From assembly GCA_003241875.1 (NCBI GenBank), contig QBLU01000012.1, positions 757-64,756 of the forward strand: DNA of 64,000 nt, written 5' to 3'. Made by a program: the position numbers and the translations under genes. Origin of the DNA: Alphaproteobacteria bacterium. GTDB lineage: Bacteria; Pseudomonadota; Alphaproteobacteria; Sphingomonadales; Sphingomonadaceae. The notes beneath the pieces are model-generated. The model was not told where the DNA came from and did no database searches. It saw only the letters and a program-made list of their open reading frames with translations. Of this stretch, positions 58,520 through 64,000 are shown one piece after another (the stretch's first letter is position 1; the number at the start of each line of letters is the position of its first letter).

Positions 58520-58722
58520 GAGGGCGCTCCCGGTTGGTGGGGCATCATGGCATGTGGCGGCAGTGCCGAAATCCATCAAAAGTCGCGAAAGTCACCGTGT
58601 CAGGATGGCGTGCAGCCAAGATATATCTTGGGCCGCGAGGGGTTGTCGTTGCTGGCAATGTCAAAGAGCGGATTGCTATCCCGCATAACCAAATGGGAGA
58701 TAATGTCAACGTGGGTTTGCCT

Positions 58723-58831
58723 CTGTCAACCCGGCGCAGGCCGGGGCCCATGGCCCACACTCTTCGGCGCGGGCGGTGCTTAACTCCCGCAGCCTGTGGT
58801 TCATGGGCCCCGGCCTGCGCCGGGGTGACAG
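58723..58831. repeat. REPIN-like doublet, family B
   Basis: CTGTCAACCCGGCGCAGGCCGGGGCCCATG / CATGGGCCCCGGCCTGCGCCGGGGTGACAG inverted arms. Confidence 0.8.
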
Positions 58832-58899
58832 GGAGGGGTGCGCTGCCGGTTCAGCGATACGGTGACAGGGTGGGGTGCGCTGCTGGTTCAGCGATACGG
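58824..58899. repeat. 37-bp tandem duplication covering the 3' end of the ABC1 gene and the REPIN end
   Basis: GGTGACAGGG[A/T]GGGGTGCGCTGC[C/T]GGTTCAGCGATAC at 58824-58860 and 58861-58897. Confidence 0.85.
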
Positions 58900-60234
58900 C
58901 GCCAGCAGGGCTGCCATGTCGATGTTGGCCTGCAGGCGGTTGCCGAGCAGGTAGATGCCGCCGAACTTCCTCTGCAGGAACAGCGTGTCGATCGGCGGGA
59001 TGTGCCAGAAATCCCGGTCTTTCGCGATATCGAGGCCGCGGTCGCGCATGTCGCCGAGCATGTCGCCCATGACGAAATCGAAGCGGCCGGTGGCGCGCAG
59101 CGGCTGCATGCCCTGTTCGAACATGGTGATGATGCTGTCCTGGTGGCGTGCCGGCGTGTCGGGGCCGAAGAAGCCGATGTCCTGCATCGCCGCCTGCAGC
59201 ATAGGCCGGGCGGTGGCCTGGTCCGCGGCGAGGCCGGCGATCATCAGCCGGCGATAGCGGTCGGCGATCTCCGGACCGAAGCGGCGGGTGGCGCCGAAAT
59301 CGAGCAGCACCAGCCGGTCGGCCTCGTGATCGTAGCGGTAGTTGGCGAAATTCGGGTCGGTCTGCATGACCTGCCAGTCGAACAATTCGCGCAGCAGCAG
59401 CCCGATCAGCAGCGTCATGATGCGGTCGCGGGTGGCCTGCGGGGCGTCGTCGAGGCTCTCCACCGCGACACCGCGGACATAGGACATCGCCAGCACGTCG
59501 CGGGTCGTCAGGTCGGCGTGCAGCGCCGGCACGGTGAAATCGGCGGAATCGGCGAGCAGCGCGCCGAATTCGGCGAGGCAGCCGGCCTCGCGCTGGTAAT
59601 CGGCTTCCTCGTGAAGCTGGCGCTTGGCCTCCGACAACATCGGCGCCAGGTCGATGGCGGCGGGGACGAGGCCCGACAGGCGGATCAGCGTGGCGACATT
59701 GTCGACGTCGCTGTCGATGCTCTGCCGCACGCCGGGATACTGGATCTTGATGGCGAGGTCGCGGCCGTCGCGGGTCTGGGCGCGGTGGACCTGGCCGATC
59801 GAGGCGGCGGCGATCGGCCGGACGTCGAAGCGGGCGAAGCGTGCCCGCCAGCCCCGGCCCCAACTGGCATCGAGCACCGATTCGAGCTGTTTCGGCGGCA
59901 TGTGCTGGGCATCGGCGCGCAGCCGGCCGAGGATGTCGCCGAGTTCGGGCGGCAGGAACTCGGCGCCGCCCATCGACATCAGCTGGCCCATCTTCATCGC
60001 GGCACCGCGCAGATTGGCGAGCTGGCTGGTGATGCGGGTGGCGTTGGCGGGGGTGAGCAGCAGGCCGGCGACCGTCGGGCGCTTGCCCTGCGCCAGTTGG
60101 CGGGCACCGCCGCTGATCAGGCTGCCGGCGACACCGGCGCCCATGCTGCCGAAGGCGGCGAGGCGTGACAGCCGGCCACGGGGGACGGCGCGACCCCGGG
60201 ACTTGGCAGGGTTGGGGGGCAGGGGAGGCGCCAT
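58888..60234 (-). CDS. ABC1/AarF/UbiB-family atypical kinase
   Basis: LRGAAMKMGQ; IAAASIGQVH; AIKIQYPG; EADYQREA; QTDPNFANY; LLDFGA. Confidence 0.93.
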   Translation of the reverse strand: MAPPLPPNPAKSRGRAVPRGRLSRLAAFGSMGAGVAGSLISGGARQLAQGKRPTVAGLLLTPANATRITSQLANLRGAAMKMGQLMSMGGAEFLPPELGDILGRLRADAQHMPPKQLESVLDASWGRGWRARFARFDVRPIAAASIGQVHRAQTRDGRDLAIKIQYPGVRQSIDSDVDNVATLIRLSGLVPAAIDLAPMLSEAKRQLHEEADYQREAGCLAEFGALLADSADFTVPALHADLTTRDVLAMSYVRGVAVESLDDAPQATRDRIMTLLIGLLLRELFDWQVMQTDPNFANYRYDHEADRLVLLDFGATRRFGPEIADRYRRLMIAGLAADQATARPMLQAAMQDIGFFGPDTPARHQDSIITMFEQGMQPLRATGRFDFVMGDMLGDMRDRGLDIAKDRDFWHIPPIDTLFLQRKFGGIYLLGNRLQANIDMAALLAPYR

Positions 60235-60291
60235 TGGTCGCACTTAGGCCATCGCGGCGCGGCGGCAATGTGTCACGATGACCGCCGGCGT

Positions 60292-61230
60292 TCAGACATC
60301 GGGGTTGAACACGCTCCAGCCCATCGCCTGGGCGAGGTGCTCGAGCGCCTCGGTGCCGCGCAGGCTGTTGCCCTGTGGCGACAGGCCGGGCGACCAGACG
60401 GCGATGCTGGCGCGGCCCGGGGCAATGGCGAGGATGCCGCCGCCGACGCCGGATTTGGCCGGCAGCCCGACGCGAAAGGCGAATTCGCCCGAGGCGTCAT
60501 AGTGGCCGCAGGTCAGCATCAGGGCATTGATGCGGCGGGCGCGTTCCGGCGGGACGATGGTCTGGCCGCTCGCCGGATCGACGCCGCCATGGGCGAGGAA
60601 GCGCCCGGCGCGGGCCAGTTGCCGGCACGACATGGCGATGGCGCATTGGTGGAAATAGACGTCGAGCGTCGCCGCCACCGGGCCGGTGATGGTGCCGAAG
60701 GCGCGCATGTAGTTGGCGAGCGCGGCGTTGCGGAAACCGGTGGCGGCCTCCGAACCGGCGACGGCGCCGTCGACGGCGATGTTGTCGTCGCCGGCGAGGC
60801 GGCGGACCAGCCGCAGGATGTCGCCGATCCCGGCGCCGTCGCTGTCGGCGCGATTGGCGATGAGATCGGTGACGGCGAGGGCGCCGGCGTTGATGAACGG
60901 GTTGCGCGGCCGGCCCTGTTCGAGCTCGAGCTGGATGATCGAATTGAAGGCGCTGCCCGATGGCTCGCGACCGACGCGATCCCAGACCCGGTTGCCGCAG
61001 CTGCCGAGTGCCTCCACCAGTGCGAAGACCTTGCTGACCGACTGGATCGAAAAACACTGGTCGGCATCGCCGGCGACATGTTCGGTTCCATCGGCCGTTA
61101 TCACCGCCAGGCCGAAGTGATCGGCGGAGACCTTGGCGAGTTCCGGAATATAGTCGGCGACGCGGCCGCGTTCGGGCTGCGCCGCCATGCGGGCGGCGAT
61201 TTCGACGACCAAGGCTCCGATGTCGGTCAT
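60292..61230 (-). CDS. glsA: Glutaminase
   Basis: VADYIPELA; [10 protein letters not shown]; [10 protein letters not shown]; NPFINAGA; [22 protein letters not shown]. Confidence 0.96.
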   Translation of the reverse strand: MTDIGALVVEIAARMAAQPERGRVADYIPELAKVSADHFGLAVITADGTEHVAGDADQCFSIQSVSKVFALVEALGSCGNRVWDRVGREPSGSAFNSIIQLELEQGRPRNPFINAGALAVTDLIANRADSDGAGIGDILRLVRRLAGDDNIAVDGAVAGSEAATGFRNAALANYMRAFGTITGPVAATLDVYFHQCAIAMSCRQLARAGRFLAHGGVDPASGQTIVPPERARRINALMLTCGHYDASGEFAFRVGLPAKSGVGGGILAIAPGRASIAVWSPGLSPQGNSLRGTEALEHLAQAMGWSVFNPDV

Positions 61231-61375
61231 TCTGCGCCCCCTGTCGCCCTACCATGCCGCATCGGCGGGGCACTCGACAATCGCCGTCCTTTCGGCAAAA
61301 TATGAGTGGCACTTGAAACGTGCGTAGTGTAGGACCGCACTTAAGAAGCGCCGAGGGCGTCAGTGGGAGAGTGAT

Positions 61376-62707
61376 ATGGCGAGCCAGCATACCCTGTCGC
61401 GTGAAGAAGCGCCGCCGCAGTGGCCGCTGCCGCCGCGGATCCGCCCGGCGCTCGCCGATCACCAGCCGGGCACGCTGACCGCCTATCTGCAGGCGGCGCC
61501 GCTGGACGAAGTCGATATCGCCGATCCGCTGTGGTGGGAAACCGATACGCACTGGACGTTCTTCAAGCGGCTGCGCGACGAGGCGCCGATCCATTTCACG
61601 GCGCTCAACAAGGAACGCCACCGCGGCTATTGGTCGGTGACGCGCTGGGCCGACATCATGGCGGTCGACACCAACCACCAGGTGTTTTCGTCGGATGCGC
61701 ATCTGGGCGGCATCACGCTGTTCGACATGGACAGCGATTTCATCATGCCGATGTTCATCGCCATGGACCAGCCGAAGCATGACGTGCAGAGGAAGGCCGT
61801 CAACCCGATCGTATCGGGCCAGAATCTCGCCGATTTCGAGGGGCTGATCCGCAGCCGCACGCAGGAGGTCCTCGACGGCCTGCCGCGCGGCGAGGTGTTC
61901 GACTGGGTCGACAAGGTTTCGATCGAGCTGACCAGCCGGATGCTGGCGACGCTGTTCGATTTCCCGCAGGAACATCGCCGCAAGCTGACCTATTGGTCCG
62001 ACATTGCCACCGCCGATCCCGAAGTGCCCGGCAATCTGCAGAAGGAGGAGCGCCAGGCGGTGCTGCTCGGCATGCTGCAGGAATTCATGGGCCTGTGGAA
62101 CGAACGGGTGAACGATCCGGAGCCCAAGGGCGACTTGATCTCCATGCTCGCGCACAATCCGGCGACGCGGAACATGCCGCCGATGGAGTTCATGGGCAAT
62201 CTCGTGCTGCTGATCGTCGGCGGCAACGACACGACCCGCAACTCGATCACCGGCGGGCTGTATTTCCTCAACAAGAACCCGGCCGAATACGCCAAGCTGC
62301 GCGCCAATCCCGAGCTGATCGAGCCGATGGTGTCGGAGATCATCCGCTACCAGACGCCGCTGGCGCACATGCGGCGCACGGCGCTGGAGGACACCATCCT
62401 CGGCGGCCAGCACATCCGCAAAGGCGACAAGGTCATCATGTGGTACGTCTCGGGCAACCGCGACGAACGGGCGATCGAGAACCCCGATGCCTTCATCATC
62501 GACCGGCCGCGCGCCCGCCAGCATATGTCGTTCGGTTTCGGCATCCACCGCTGCGTCGGCAATCGCCTGGCCGAGCTGCAGCTGAAGATCCTGTGGGAAG
62601 AGATCGTCAAGCGCTTCGACACGATCGAGGTGGTGGCGGAGCCGGAACGGGTGCCGTCGGCTTTCGTCAAGGGCTACAAGTCGCTGATGGTCCGTATCCC
62701 GGCCTGA
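61376..62707 (+). CDS. Cytochrome P450, CYP153-like (alkane/terminal hydroxylase type)
   Basis: MFIAMDQPKHDVQR; LLIVGGNDTTRNS; EIIRYQTPLAHMRR; HMSFGFGIHRCVG. Confidence 0.92.
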   Translation: MASQHTLSREEAPPQWPLPPRIRPALADHQPGTLTAYLQAAPLDEVDIADPLWWETDTHWTFFKRLRDEAPIHFTALNKERHRGYWSVTRWADIMAVDTNHQVFSSDAHLGGITLFDMDSDFIMPMFIAMDQPKHDVQRKAVNPIVSGQNLADFEGLIRSRTQEVLDGLPRGEVFDWVDKVSIELTSRMLATLFDFPQEHRRKLTYWSDIATADPEVPGNLQKEERQAVLLGMLQEFMGLWNERVNDPEPKGDLISMLAHNPATRNMPPMEFMGNLVLLIVGGNDTTRNSITGGLYFLNKNPAEYAKLRANPELIEPMVSEIIRYQTPLAHMRRTALEDTILGGQHIRKGDKVIMWYVSGNRDERAIENPDAFIIDRPRARQHMSFGFGIHRCVGNRLAELQLKILWEEIVKRFDTIEVVAEPERVPSAFVKGYKSLMVRIPA

Positions 62708-62735
62708 TTTCAACGCATTATCTGCAGGACCAGCA

Positions 62736-63056
62736 ATGGCAACGATCACCTATGTCGAATTCAACGGCACCGAGCACGCCGTGCAGGTCGCCGACGGCGT
62801 CTCGCTGATGGAGGGCGCGCTGGGCAATGGCGTGCCCGGCATCGACGGCGATTGCGGCGGCAATGCCGCCTGCGCGACCTGCCACGTCTATATCGACCCG
62901 GCGTGGGAAGCGAAGACCGGCGAAAAGTCGGAGCTGGAATGCGACATGCTCGACCTGGCGGACGGGCTGCAGGACAACAGCCGGCTGGCGTGCCAGATCA
63001 AGGCTTCGGCGGATCTCGACGGGTTGATCGTGCGGATGCCGGCGACGCAGCACTAG
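62736..63056 (+). CDS. Putidaredoxin/adrenodoxin-type 2Fe-2S ferredoxin
   Basis: DCGGNAACATCH; SRLACQI. Confidence 0.95.
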   Translation: MATITYVEFNGTEHAVQVADGVSLMEGALGNGVPGIDGDCGGNAACATCHVYIDPAWEAKTGEKSELECDMLDLADGLQDNSRLACQIKASADLDGLIVRMPATQH

Positions 63057-63308
63057 CGCAGCGCCGCGCGCGCGCGGGCCGCGCGCCGACAGGCGCAAGC
63101 TCGGCCAGCGGGGCGGGTGGCTGGGCCGCCCGACCCCGTCTGACGTCACGGCGCGGTTTTGCCGCGACGCTTTTCCCCTGTCGGCGCGCTGCATTGCACG
63201 CCGGGCGCTCGCGGCAGGGCACCGCGACCGATTGTCGTTGTTCATCCGAATGGACAGTTCATGCGTTGCGACATTAACTCGTTGTCATCTGCAAAAGGAA
63301 CACGTCGC

Positions 63309-64000
63309 GTGCGCACCCTGTTTTTTGCCCTGCTAACCTCCGCATCCCTGATCTCCACCTCCGCCTGTGCCGCGCCGGTGGCGCAGGGCGCGCCCAATGT
63401 TCCGGACTTCAAGCCGGCCTTTGCCGGGCAGACCCGCGCGACCAAGGTCGCCAGCAGGACGGCGCCGGCGGTAACGGAGATCGCGACGGGGCTGAACAAG
63501 CCCTGGGGGCTGGCGTTCCTGCCCGACGGGCGCATGCTGGTCAGTGAAAAGGCGGCGGGCTCGCTGCTGATCATCGACAAGGACGGCAAGAAGTCAGCAC
63601 CGGTTTCGGGCCTGCCGCCGGTCGTGGCGCGCGACCAGGTCGGCATGATGGGCGTCGCGGTACCGGGCGACGGCCATGTCTATTGGACCTATGCCGAGCC
63701 GCGCGGCGACGGCCTGGGCCTGGCGGTGGCGCGCGGCAAGCTCGGCGGCAGCGCCGCGGCGCCGGCGATGACCGATATCCAGGTGCTGTTCCGCATGCAG
63801 CCGACGATCACCTCGACGAAGCATATCGGCGGCCGGCTGGTGTTCCCCGCCGATGGCACGATGTTCGTGACGCTGGGTGAGCGGTCGGTGATGGAAGGCC
63901 GCGTGCAGGCGCAGAACCTCGACAGCCATTTCGGCAAGATCGTGCGGATCAATCGCGACGGCTCGTTGCCCAAGGACAACCCCTGGGCGGGCGACAAGAC
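63309..64000 (+). CDS. PQQ-dependent aldose/sugar dehydrogenase (GSDH/YliI-like), N-terminal part
   Basis: Manual translation from GTG 63309: MRTLFFALLTSASLISTSACAAPV...GLNKPWGLAFLPDGRMLVSEK...HIGGRLVF..DG.MFVTLGER...AQNLDSHFGKIVRIN.DGS.PKDNP; runs off the window end. Confidence 0.9.
   Translation, partial: MRTLFFALLTSASLISTSACAAPVAQGAPNVPDFKPAFAGQTRATKVASRTAPAVTEIATGLNKPWGLAFLPDGRMLVSEKAAGSLLIIDKDGKKSAPVSGLPPVVARDQVGMMGVAVPGDGHVYWTYAEPRGDGLGLAVARGKLGGSAAAPAMTDIQVLFRMQPTITSTKHIGGRLVFPADGTMFVTLGERSVMEGRVQAQNLDSHFGKIVRINRDGSLPKDNPWAGDK

Noticed and set aside
58545-58760. 71-aa minus-strand ORF
   Set aside because: Starts inside a REPIN, has atypical codon usage and no motif; more plausibly promoter DNA.

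Overview
GC-rich alphaproteobacterial chromosome segment, most likely Sphingomonadales (inferred from the split metH, CIRCE-controlled groESL, large TonB-dependent receptors, CYP153 and the REP-like repeat types). Most of the window is housekeeping: groES-groEL, mlaA, ArsR/SAM-methyltransferase regulator-metF-metH(split), yghU, an ECF42-type sigma with YciI, tRNA-Val, lrp/trxB/LysR, tRNA(CAT), proS-lolC/E-lolD-dnaE, glutaminase and CYP153-ferredoxin. The accessory highlight is at ~9.96-20.44 kb. It is a tightly coupled five-gene minus-strand operon: RoxA/MauG-like di-heme c lipoprotein, cytochrome P450, trypsin-like protease fused to a degenerate STAND-like domain, an intact STAND P-loop NTPase, and a trypsin-like protease fused to an EndoG/NucA-type nuclease. 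A minimal YopT/AvrPphB-like (C58) cysteine protease converges on it. This looks like an NLR-like conflict/defence system with an unexpected heme-redox module. Other notable items: a tandem pair of Tat-signal TldD paralogs split by a nested-palindrome MITE-like element; an AbcR-like sRNA candidate with three anti-SD loops behind trxB-LysR; a 21-codon ORF with a 13-nt perfect Shine-Dalgarno; an unidentified structured RNA upstream of proS; a DUF2200 deletion pseudogene; and three families of REP/REPIN-like repeats. All assignments come from motif reading by eye; no database searches were run. Several starts were re-picked from RBS or overlap evidence rather than taken from the longest ORF.
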